Shown here piece after piece: positions 1 to 8,143 of a stretch of 64,000 nt of DNA. Position numbers and translations under genes: made by a program. The notes under the pieces are model-generated. The model worked only from the letters and a program-made list of their open reading frames with translations. It searched no databases and had not been told where the DNA came from. The stretch is from an uncultured Gemmatimonadales bacterium (GTDB lineage: Bacteria > Gemmatimonadota > Gemmatimonadetes > Longimicrobiales > RSA9), in NCBI GenBank assembly GCA_963741945.1, contig CAVUKA010000004.1, positions 128,001 to 192,000 of the forward strand. Direction: 5' to 3'. The number at the start of each line of letters is the position of its first letter. Within the stretch, counting starts at the first letter, position 1.

Positions 1-430
1 CGTCCACGAGCACGCCGAACTGGCCGGCCGAGAACGTGGGGTCATACGCGATCCCCCGACCTGGCGCCCCCAGCCTCGCATTGATGAACAGGCCGACCAC
101 CGTTGCCAGGGCGCCGAACAGGATCGTCAGCTCGAAGCCGATCACCACGAACGCAGGCAGCGCGATGATCGCCTTGCCACCGGTGACGAGCGGCCAGTCC
201 AGTGAAGTCCAGATCGCCAGCGCGAATCCCAATGCCGCGCCCGTGAGCCCGCCCACCAGCGTGTACAGCCGCACCGGGCTCTGCGGCCGATGCAGCGCGT
301 GCTCCAGATCGTGCTGGGGCAGCGGAGAGTAGGTCTCCACGTCCGTGAGCCCCGCCGCGCGCAGCTTGCCAATGGCCGCCGTCGCAGTGTCCACTTCCGG
401 GAACACGCCCAGGTACCGTCCGCCCGCCAT
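1..430 (-). CDS. actD: Alternative complex III subunit ActD (DUF3341), 3' end outside window
   Basis: Not in ORF track. Manual translation from ATG at 430: MAGGRYLGVFPEVD...VETYSPLP...LVGGLTGAALGF...DWPLVTGGK...FVVIGFELTILFG, typical DUF3341 motifs. Start overlaps actC stop (TAATG). Confidence 0.88.
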   Translation of the reverse strand, partial: MAGGRYLGVFPEVDTATAAIGKLRAAGLTDVETYSPLPQHDLEHALHRPQSPVRLYTLVGGLTGAALGFALAIWTSLDWPLVTGGKAIIALPAFVVIGFELTILFGALATVVGLFINARLGAPGRGIAYDPTFSAGQFGVLVD

Positions 431-1848
431 TACTCGTCCTCCTCGGTGCGCGCGCCGGGCGCCAGCAGCTCGCCCGTGCTGCGCCGGGCCGGGTCCCGGC
501 CGCGGCGCCGGGGCGCCGGCAGCACTTCCTTGAGCTCGGCCACGGACACGGGCGGCAGCACGCGCATGAAGAGCAGGAACCACATGAAGAACCAGCCGAA
601 GCTCCCCACCATGATCCCCATCTCGACCCAGCTCGGCTTGTACACGTTCCACTGCCACGGCTCGTATTCGTGACCCAGGCTGGTCACGATGATCACGAAC
701 CGCTCGAACCACATGCCAATGTTCACGAAGATGGTCACCGTGAACAGAGCCGGGATGCTCGTCCGCACTTTCCTGAACCAGAGTACCTGCGGAATCACCG
801 AGTTGCACAGCACCATGATGGACGCCGCCCACCAGTAGTTGGTGATCAGCCCGGCGATGATGTACTGACCCTCCTGGTGCGGCGGCTCCCCGCTGTACCA
901 GACCATGAACACTTCCGCCGCATAGGCGTAGGTGACGATCAGCCCCGTCAGCAGGATCAGCTTCGACATGGCGTCGAAGTGCTTTTCCGTGAAGTAGGCC
1001 TCCAGGCCGAAGATCTTCCGGATCGGGATCAGCAGCGTGATCACCATGGCGATCCCGCTGAAGATGGCGCCGGCCACGAAGTAGGGGGCGAAGATCGTGG
1101 AGTGCCAGCCCGGGACGATGCTCATGGCGAAGTCCCAGGACACTACGCTGTGCACCGACAGCACCAGTGGTGTGGCCAGCGCGGCCAGGTACAGGTAGGC
1201 GCGGTTGAAATGCAGCCACTGCCGCCCGCTCCCGCGCCAGCCGAAGCTCAGAGCCGTGTACAGCTTCTTCCGCCACGGCACCGTCGTGGAGTCCCTCGCC
1301 GCCGCGATATCCGGGATCATCCCGATCAGGAAGAATGTGGCGCTCACCGTCAGGTACGTGCTGATCGCGAATACGTCCCAGACAAGCGGGCTGCGGAAGT
1401 TCGGCCAGATGGTCCGCTGGTTCGGGTACGGGATCAGCCAGTAGAAGACGAACGGTCGCCCCAGGTGGATGATCGGGAACAGCCCCGCAGTCATCACCGC
1501 GAACACCGTCATGGCTTCGGCCGCGCGATAGATCGACTGCCGCCACCGCGCCCGGAACAGGAACAGGATGGCGGAGATGAGCGTCCCCGAGTGGGCGATC
1601 CCGACCCAGAAGACGAACGTCGTGATGTAGACGCCCCACCCGATAGGGTTCATCAGCCCGCTCATCCCGATGCCGAGATAGAGCTGGGTGAAGAAGCTGA
1701 ACGCCAGCAGCCCGACGGCGGCGACGGCGAACGCAAGCAGGATGAAGTAGGTGCGCCCGGGACGGCTCAGGATCTTGAGGACGTCCCGATTGACGTCGGT
1801 GTACCGCTCGACCTCCGGGTGCGTCTCGGAGCGAACGACTTTGGGCAT
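430..1848 (-). CDS. actC: Alternative complex III subunit ActC (NrfD/PsrC-family quinol-binding membrane protein)
   Basis: WGVYITTFVFWVGIAHSGTLISAIL, RAAEAMT, HLGRP, NFRSPLVWDVFAISTY, LSVHSVVSWDFA, GWHSTIF, MWFERFVII motifs. Confidence 0.93.
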   Translation of the reverse strand: MPKVVRSETHPEVERYTDVNRDVLKILSRPGRTYFILLAFAVAAVGLLAFSFFTQLYLGIGMSGLMNPIGWGVYITTFVFWVGIAHSGTLISAILFLFRARWRQSIYRAAEAMTVFAVMTAGLFPIIHLGRPFVFYWLIPYPNQRTIWPNFRSPLVWDVFAISTYLTVSATFFLIGMIPDIAAARDSTTVPWRKKLYTALSFGWRGSGRQWLHFNRAYLYLAALATPLVLSVHSVVSWDFAMSIVPGWHSTIFAPYFVAGAIFSGIAMVITLLIPIRKIFGLEAYFTEKHFDAMSKLILLTGLIVTYAYAAEVFMVWYSGEPPHQEGQYIIAGLITNYWWAASIMVLCNSVIPQVLWFRKVRTSIPALFTVTIFVNIGMWFERFVIIVTSLGHEYEPWQWNVYKPSWVEMGIMVGSFGWFFMWFLLFMRVLPPVSVAELKEVLPAPRRRGRDPARRSTGELLAPGARTEEDE

Positions 1849-4800
1849 CAGTCCTCCGCTCCTTCCGTCGCGTGCGTCACCACCGGCTGCAGGTAGACGA
1901 TCGCCGACTGGGTGTTCAGCTCGTCGAACACGCGGAAGCCGCGTCCGGACAGCGCCACCTGGACCACGCGCGATTCCGGGTTCTTCATGTCGCCGAAGAC
2001 AATGGCGTTGCCTGGGCAGGTCTGCGCGCAGGCGGGCACGATCTCGCCATCGCGCACCACGCGCCCGTCCACCCTGGCCCGCCGCTCGGTCTCACGGATG
2101 CGCTGCACGCAGAACGTGCACTTCTCCATGATCCCCTTCTCCCGTACGGTCACGTCCGGGTTCAGCTGCCAGTTGAGCGGCTCCGGCCACTCGTAGCTGA
2201 AGAAGTTGAAATAGCGGACCTTGTACGGGCAGTTGTTCGCGCAGTAGCGCGTGCCCACGCAACGGTTGTAGACCTGTCCGTTCAGGCCGTCCGGGGTGTG
2301 ATAGGACGCATAGACGGGGCACACCGGCTCGCATGGCGCATTGCCGCATTGCTGGCAGAGCATGGGGAGAAAGTTCGTCCCCCGGGGCGTACCGTCCTCC
2401 TCGAGCTCGAAATACCGCTCGATGCGCATCCACTGGATCAGACGACCCTGCGCCACCAGCTCGGGGCCGACCATGCCGATGTTGTTCTCGGCCTGGCACG
2501 CCGTCTGGCAGGCGCTGCAGCCGATGCACCGCTCCAGGTCGATCGCCATCCCCCAGCGCGGTACGGCCTCCGTGTACTCACCGTAGTGCGTGCCCGGGGG
2601 CGGATAATCCTGCGGCGCGGCGCCCATGGGCACCGGCGCGAAACCGCCCGAGCCCTGCAGCTGCCAGACTGTCTCTTCCATGGGGTGAGCTTCTCGATGG
2701 GCGTGTGTTCGCGCGACGCCCTCGCTTTCCTCCGCCGCCGCCACCCCGGTGCCCGCGCCCGCTTCGGTGCCCTCCGCCGGAGCCACGCCAGCCGCACCAC
2801 CGTGCGCCACCGCTCCGGCCACGCCGGCGCCCCGGGCACCATCCGCGGCGATGGCTTCCTGCAACGTCATCTTCTCGATGATGTCCCGTCCGCTCTCCGT
2901 TTCCTGGGTGGACGAGAACGGCTGCCGCTCCCACCGCCCGGTGGGCGTGACCGCGGCCCGGACCTGGATCCAGGCCAGCGTGCCGGACGGGGCGTCGTAC
3001 GCCGGCGCCAGCAGCTGCGTGGGATTCACTCCGCGATCCCGCGCGTAGCGGCCGAAATGCTCGTGCCCCTGCCCCAGCTGAATGGCAATGGTGTCTTCGC
3101 GCATCCCGGGATGCCGCCAGACCGGCAGCTCCAGGCTGCCATTCGGCGTCGTCACCGTGACGATGTGCCCGTCGTCCAGTCCCAGGTCGTCCGCCGCACG
3201 AGGATGGATCTCCAGCACGGTGCCCCACGTATGCTTGCTGATCGGGTCCGGCAGCTCCTGCAGCCACGGCCGGTTGGCCAGCCGGCCGTCGTAGAAGCGA
3301 TACGAGGGGTAGACGACGAGGGCGAACTCCCCATCTCCCGCCAGCGGCGCCGGCTCCGCCGTCAGTCTGGCGATCCCGCCCGCGCCGGGCGCCGCCGCCG
3401 TGGCCCCGGAAGCGTTCTCCGGAAGAACGACCACCCCCTCCGACAGCGCCTGCGTCCACCACACGTCGAAGCTGCCGCCATCTCCCGCGCGCGCCTGCAC
3501 GCCGTGCCAGCGCTCCCGCAGGTAGTCGTAGAACGTCGTGGCCCGGGTGGTCAGCGGGGCGCCGGCACGTCGCGCCACCGACAGCAGCACGTCGCCGGTC
3601 TGCTTGGTGTCGAACACCGGCGTCATCACGGGCTGGATCAGCGAATGAACACCCGGCCGCGGCTCGTAATCACCCCACGCTTCCAGGAAATGATGGTCCG
3701 GGAGAACCACGTGCGCGCGGGCAGCCGTGTCATCCAGCCAGGGAGAGAACGAGGCGAGCAGCGGTACCTGGCTCAGCGCCGCCTCCACCCGCGCACGGTC
3801 GGGAAGGTCGTAGAGCGGATTCGGACCGTGCACCAGGAGGATCGAAACCCGACCGGCCGCCATGTCCTCCACCAGCGCCGCCATCTCGCGGTACGACGTC
3901 AGTCCTTCCGGCGCCGGCCCCGGGCGCACGGCGCGGCCCACGTTCCCGGCCGCTTCGTTCAGCACGGCCACTGCAAGGGCCAGCGTGGTCGCCGCCTCGC
4001 CCGTGGTACCCACGCCCGGGCCGACCGCCAGCGATCGACCGCCGTTCGCGAACACTTCCGCCGCCGCCACGATCCGCTCCAACGGCACCCCGGCCGCTTC
4101 CGCGGCGCGCGCCGGGTCCACGGGCGGGAGCATGCCCAGGGCGGCGCCGCCGAGGCCGGTCCGCTCGCCCACGAGCCGCGCCATCGCAAGCGCCACCAGG
4201 TGCTCCGTTCCCGCCCGTGCCGGCAGCCACTCGTCCGCGTTCAGGTCCGTGAGCGACTGGTGCGGCGTCACCGAGATCAGTCGCCCGCGCCGACCGTTCG
4301 CGTACGCGTGGCTCTCGACCCAGCCGTGCGCATAGTCCACCGGCGACAGCCACGTCTCCATGAAGTCCGCGCCGAACGTGACGACTACCTCGGCCTGCGA
4401 GAAGTCGTGGATCGGGATCGCCTCCCGCCCGTAGAGCGCGCCATACGCCGCCCGGATCGGGCCGTGCGAGAACGACTCGAACTTCACCCGCCGCACACCC
4501 ATCGCCCCGCACCACTCGTCGAGCAGCGCGTCCATGCTGCCCGCCTCCGGACGCGTCAGGAACACCGCTTCGCCCGCCGCCGAACCAAGCGCGTCCGCCA
4601 GCGACTGCTCCGCGCGGTCCCAGCTCACTCGCGTCCACCGCCCCGCATCGCGCACCAGCGCCTGCGGCACACGGTCCGGGTCGTACACCCCGTGCAGCGA
4701 CGCCTGCCCGCGCGCGCACAGCTTGCCGTGCGAGATCGGTGACGCTGCGCTGCCCTCCGCCTTGAGCGCCCGCCCCTCCCGCGTCCGCACCGTCATTCCG

Positions 4801-5084
4801 CACCCGGCGGGACACTCCCGGCAGGTGGTGCGGTAATACGTCGACATGCCGGGGACCACGTCCTCCTGCTGGATCACGTACGGGAGCAGGCGGTCCGGCG
4901 CATCCGAGCAGCCAGTGAGCGCGGCGCCTGCGCCCGCGACGCCGAGCACCTTCAGGAAGTCCCGCCGCTCGATCCCGCTCCCCCGCGCCTCGTCGCTCGC
5001 CCCGGGGACCCTCACGGAAGGCGTCTCGCCCGCACTGCCATTCGTCACGGGACCCTGTCTGCTGGGTGTGTCGTTGGAAGCCAT
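1848..5084 (-). CDS. actB: ActB-type fusion: molybdopterin-oxidoreductase-like domain plus 4Fe-4S dicluster domain, Tat lipoprotein
   Basis: RRDFLK Tat motif then LTGC; CRECPAGC; C-terminal CIGCSACQTAC, CQQCGNAPCEPVCP, CVGTRYCANNCPY, EKCTFC, CAQTCP; lies between actA and actC. Confidence 0.9.
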   Translation of the reverse strand: MASNDTPSRQGPVTNGSAGETPSVRVPGASDEARGSGIERRDFLKVLGVAGAGAALTGCSDAPDRLLPYVIQQEDVVPGMSTYYRTTCRECPAGCGMTVRTREGRALKAEGSAASPISHGKLCARGQASLHGVYDPDRVPQALVRDAGRWTRVSWDRAEQSLADALGSAAGEAVFLTRPEAGSMDALLDEWCGAMGVRRVKFESFSHGPIRAAYGALYGREAIPIHDFSQAEVVVTFGADFMETWLSPVDYAHGWVESHAYANGRRGRLISVTPHQSLTDLNADEWLPARAGTEHLVALAMARLVGERTGLGGAALGMLPPVDPARAAEAAGVPLERIVAAAEVFANGGRSLAVGPGVGTTGEAATTLALAVAVLNEAAGNVGRAVRPGPAPEGLTSYREMAALVEDMAAGRVSILLVHGPNPLYDLPDRARVEAALSQVPLLASFSPWLDDTAARAHVVLPDHHFLEAWGDYEPRPGVHSLIQPVMTPVFDTKQTGDVLLSVARRAGAPLTTRATTFYDYLRERWHGVQARAGDGGSFDVWWTQALSEGVVVLPENASGATAAAPGAGGIARLTAEPAPLAGDGEFALVVYPSYRFYDGRLANRPWLQELPDPISKHTWGTVLEIHPRAADDLGLDDGHIVTVTTPNGSLELPVWRHPGMREDTIAIQLGQGHEHFGRYARDRGVNPTQLLAPAYDAPSGTLAWIQVRAAVTPTGRWERQPFSSTQETESGRDIIEKMTLQEAIAADGARGAGVAGAVAHGGAAGVAPAEGTEAGAGTGVAAAEESEGVARTHAHREAHPMEETVWQLQGSGGFAPVPMGAAPQDYPPPGTHYGEYTEAVPRWGMAIDLERCIGCSACQTACQAENNIGMVGPELVAQGRLIQWMRIERYFELEEDGTPRGTNFLPMLCQQCGNAPCEPVCPVYASYHTPDGLNGQVYNRCVGTRYCANNCPYKVRYFNFFSYEWPEPLNWQLNPDVTVREKGIMEKCTFCVQRIRETERRARVDGRVVRDGEIVPACAQTCPGNAIVFGDMKNPESRVVQVALSGRGFRVFDELNTQSAIVYLQPVVTHATEGAED

Positions 5085-5091
5085 GGGCGCG

Positions 5092-5610
5092 TCAGTAGTG
5101 GCACACGAAACAGTCCGTGCGCACTCCGCGCTCGCGGTGGCACTGCAGGCACCAGCCCATCCGCAGATCCTGCTGCTTCACCACCGTCACCATCGCCTGC
5201 ACCTGACCGTGGCAGTCCTGGCATTCCAGGCTGTCCGCGTTCACGTGCACGTAATGCGGGAAATGGACGTGATCCGGCAGGTCGTGGATCCGGACCCACG
5301 GGATCGGCTTCTTCGCGTTCCAGTACGCCGTCAGTGTCCGCACACCGGGACTGTCCGCCGCCACCATCGGCACGCCGCCCGGGATATGGCATCCCGCGCA
5401 CACCGACACCGGCGGAATCCCCGCATCCACCGACCGGTCGGCCGAGAAGTGGCAGTACAGGCAGGGAATGTCGTTCTGACCGACATGGATGTCGTGCGGG
5501 AACGGGATCGGCTGGGCGATTTCTCCGCCACCCGTGAAGGTCACTGCCGCAGCGGCGCCCGCCGCGAGCAGGACAACGATCCCGACAGCAATGAGGGTCC
5601 CTCGTCCCAT
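5092..5610 (-). CDS. actA: Membrane-anchored pentaheme cytochrome c (ActA)
   Basis: N-terminal TM helix, QPIPFPHDIH, five CxxCH (CLYCH, CAGCH, CQDCH, CLQCH, CFVCH), WVRIHDLPDHVHFPH, MGWCLQCH. Confidence 0.92.
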   Translation of the reverse strand: MGRGTLIAVGIVVLLAAGAAAAVTFTGGGEIAQPIPFPHDIHVGQNDIPCLYCHFSADRSVDAGIPPVSVCAGCHIPGGVPMVAADSPGVRTLTAYWNAKKPIPWVRIHDLPDHVHFPHYVHVNADSLECQDCHGQVQAMVTVVKQQDLRMGWCLQCHRERGVRTDCFVCHY

Positions 5611-5856
5611 CCACGATCCCCGTGAGACGGCCTGTTGTGGTAGGCCCGATTACATCCGTGCCGGCATTTTCCCCACCGGCTCTAGAGGCGGCAATATTGT
5701 CACTGCGTTTTCCCCCACGCAACCCCGGAGCTCTCCCGCATTGCCGCCTTCGTGCACGCCGTGACTGTCACACCCGGACCGCACCAGGCGTTAGATTGGT
5801 GGGTGACCATGCGCGCCCTGAGCGGAAGGGAAACGCCCATTGGTAGCGGAGGCATC

Positions 5857-6348
5857 ATGACAGGAAACCCGTACGGCGCCATGCCGGATCGTGCCACCTC
5901 CCGCCTCATGGCGGCCGCGCTGGCCACGATCCTCGCCTTCGGCGCCGCGGGCTGTGGTGGGTCATGGCACGGCGTCTCGCCGCCCGAGCTCGAAGGCAAC
6001 GGGATCGAGAGCAGCGCCGGCGCCACCGTGCTGACGGCCGAAGAGCTGCACGCGGCCACGGGGTCCGTGCTGCGAGCGCTCGTGGGCAAGGTGCCGAACA
6101 TGAACGTGCGGTTCGTGGGTGGGGAGCGGTGTCCGTCCATCGCGCTCCGCAGGGCCAGGGACATCAACGGCTACAACTTCCCGCTGGTGTACCTGGACGG
6201 CACGCGCTCCAACAGCACGTGCATCCTCGAGACCCTCCCCGCCGCGGAGCTCGACCGCGTGGAGATATATCCGCAAGGCTTCACCACCCGCCCGGGCTAC
6301 AGCACCAGCTCCCACGGCCTGATCCTCCTCTTCAGCCGGACCGCCTGA
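5857..6348 (+). CDS. Putative lipoprotein consisting of a stand-alone TonB-dependent-receptor plug-like domain
   Basis: Lipobox AAGC; VLTAEEL...KVPNMNV...IALR...PLVYLDG...LPAAELDRVEIY...HGLILLFSR. Start could be 5857 or 5881. Confidence 0.7.
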   Translation: MTGNPYGAMPDRATSRLMAAALATILAFGAAGCGGSWHGVSPPELEGNGIESSAGATVLTAEELHAATGSVLRALVGKVPNMNVRFVGGERCPSIALRRARDINGYNFPLVYLDGTRSNSTCILETLPAAELDRVEIYPQGFTTRPGYSTSSHGLILLFSRTA

Positions 6349-6415
6349 CGGCGCGCTGCCCGCCTGGGGCGCGCCGTACCCGCCGTTCCTCCCTTGCCCG
6401 ATCGGAAGTGGGCAC

Positions 6416-6452
6416 AAAAGAAACCGCCCCCCGGCCGAGGCCGGGGGGCGGT
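6416..6452 (-). terminator. Rho-independent terminator of susCD
   Basis: 13-bp perfect stem ACCGCCCCCCGGC/GCCGGGGGGCGGT with 4-nt loop, followed by TTCTTTT on the minus strand, 26 nt after the susD stop. Confidence 0.85.
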
Positions 6453-6478
6453 ACTTCAGGAGCGCTGCTGCCGACTGC

Positions 6479-8125
6479 TCAGCAGCCGCCGCCCGGGTAG
6501 GGCGCCGGATCCCACCAGACGGTCCCGCAATAGTTCCCGTCCGTGCTCTGGTTCGCGATCGCCGCCTGGAGGTTGTCGTTGTTGAGCGACTGTTCCAGGC
6601 TGGGATAGGGAATCCTTCCGGGGATGAACTGGATGGTTGCATCCTCTGAAGGCACGATCTCGTTCGGGTAACCGGTCCTCCGATACTCGGAGTAGGCCTC
6701 CCACGGCATTGTGTAGAGCGCCAGCCACTTCTGGTCGATGATCTTCTCCAGGTCCGTGGTGGCGTTTCCCGTCAGTTGCACGGACGGCTGCGCGAGGTAG
6801 GCGTCCTGGACCGCCGTGCCCAGGTCCACCGGTCCATCGTTGGCCGTGTTCGAGGCGCTGACCGAGACGTTGACGCCGTTCCACAGCTCGAACGCCTGGC
6901 GGATCCCCGCCTCGTAGTACTGCTGCGCGCTGCCGCCGACGCTCCACCCGTTGAGGGCGGCCTCGGCCAGCAGGAAGTTGACCTCCGCCGCGGTCAGGAG
7001 GTACTGCGGCGTGGCCGGGTCGGCGCGGAAGTGCCGGCCGATGCGGGAGATCAGCACCGGCTGAGGCACGCTCCCGCTGGCGATTCCGTTCCGCTCGCCA
7101 CGGTAGATCATCCCGTTGTACGTCACCTGGCAGGGCACCTGCCCCGCGTGGCCACACCAGCTGGCGGTGAAGTCCGTGGTCTGGTCCAGCGACGGATTCG
7201 CGTAGACCATGATCCGCGGATCGTTGAACTTGTTCAGGACGCCCACCAGCGTGTTGCTCACCGTATGGTCATCCCGGGAGCCGCCCCCACCCAGCGCGCC
7301 CGCGGCGTTCTCGTAGTACGGGTTCTGGTACGGCGGCGATGGCTGGTAAACCAGCCCGGCATTATCGTCGTTCGTGAGGATCAGTGGCTGCGTGGCCAGT
7401 GCCTCGACGAGGCTGCGCGCGCCCGCCGGGTCCACGTCCGACATCCGCATGGCGAGCCGGAGCCGGAGGGAGTTGGTGAACTTGATCCACTGGCTCATGT
7501 CGCCGCCGTAGATCAGGTCCGCGTCCGAGAAGGAGCCGGCGCCGGGGCTCATCATCCCGACCGCCGTCTGCAGCTCGCTCAGCAGCGTGCCGTACAGCTC
7601 CTGCTGCGAGTCGTAGACCGGGGCCGTGATCGGCTCAGCCGCGTCGGCCTGGAGCGCCTGCGTGTAGGGGATGTCCCCGTACAGGTCGGTCAGGATCGTA
7701 GCGGTGTACGCCTTGCCGACCATGCCGATGGCGGACTGGTTGTCGCCCTTGGCCGGGTCACCCTCTTCGGCAACCTGCTGCCCCTTCTTGATGATCACGG
7801 CCCAGTCCTTCATCGGGCCGGAGTACATGGCGTTCCAGAGATTGTTGATGGTGGCGTCACGGAGCTCGTACTGGTCCTCCTCCGTGTACTGGATCTTCGC
7901 CCAGTGCTGCACGAAGATCCCCGTCATCTCCAGCGTGATCCAGGTGTTCTGGCCCCCGAACTCCACCGTCTGCTGGATCGCGTTCGGCAGCAGGTACTGC
8001 GCCGGCACGTCCGTCGGTGCATTCGGGTTGTCGTTCACATCGGCCAGGCCCTTGTCGCAGGCCGCGCTGCTGAGCGCGACGCCGACAAGCAGTGCGGCCG
8101 TTAGCGTATAGCGTTTCATGTTCAT
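6479..8125 (-). CDS. susD: SusD/RagB family outer-membrane lipoprotein
   Basis: Lipobox SAAC-DKGL, NDNPNAP, TDLYGDIPYTQA, PVYDSQ, DLIYGGD..W.KFTNSLRLRLAMR, YRRTGYP. Start uncertain among 8119, 8125 and 8134. Confidence 0.92.
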   Translation of the reverse strand: MNMKRYTLTAALLVGVALSSAACDKGLADVNDNPNAPTDVPAQYLLPNAIQQTVEFGGQNTWITLEMTGIFVQHWAKIQYTEEDQYELRDATINNLWNAMYSGPMKDWAVIIKKGQQVAEEGDPAKGDNQSAIGMVGKAYTATILTDLYGDIPYTQALQADAAEPITAPVYDSQQELYGTLLSELQTAVGMMSPGAGSFSDADLIYGGDMSQWIKFTNSLRLRLAMRMSDVDPAGARSLVEALATQPLILTNDDNAGLVYQPSPPYQNPYYENAAGALGGGGSRDDHTVSNTLVGVLNKFNDPRIMVYANPSLDQTTDFTASWCGHAGQVPCQVTYNGMIYRGERNGIASGSVPQPVLISRIGRHFRADPATPQYLLTAAEVNFLLAEAALNGWSVGGSAQQYYEAGIRQAFELWNGVNVSVSASNTANDGPVDLGTAVQDAYLAQPSVQLTGNATTDLEKIIDQKWLALYTMPWEAYSEYRRTGYPNEIVPSEDATIQFIPGRIPYPSLEQSLNNDNLQAAIANQSTDGNYCGTVWWDPAPYPGGGC

Positions 8126-8143
8126 CCTCGTCATCGGGTGCCG

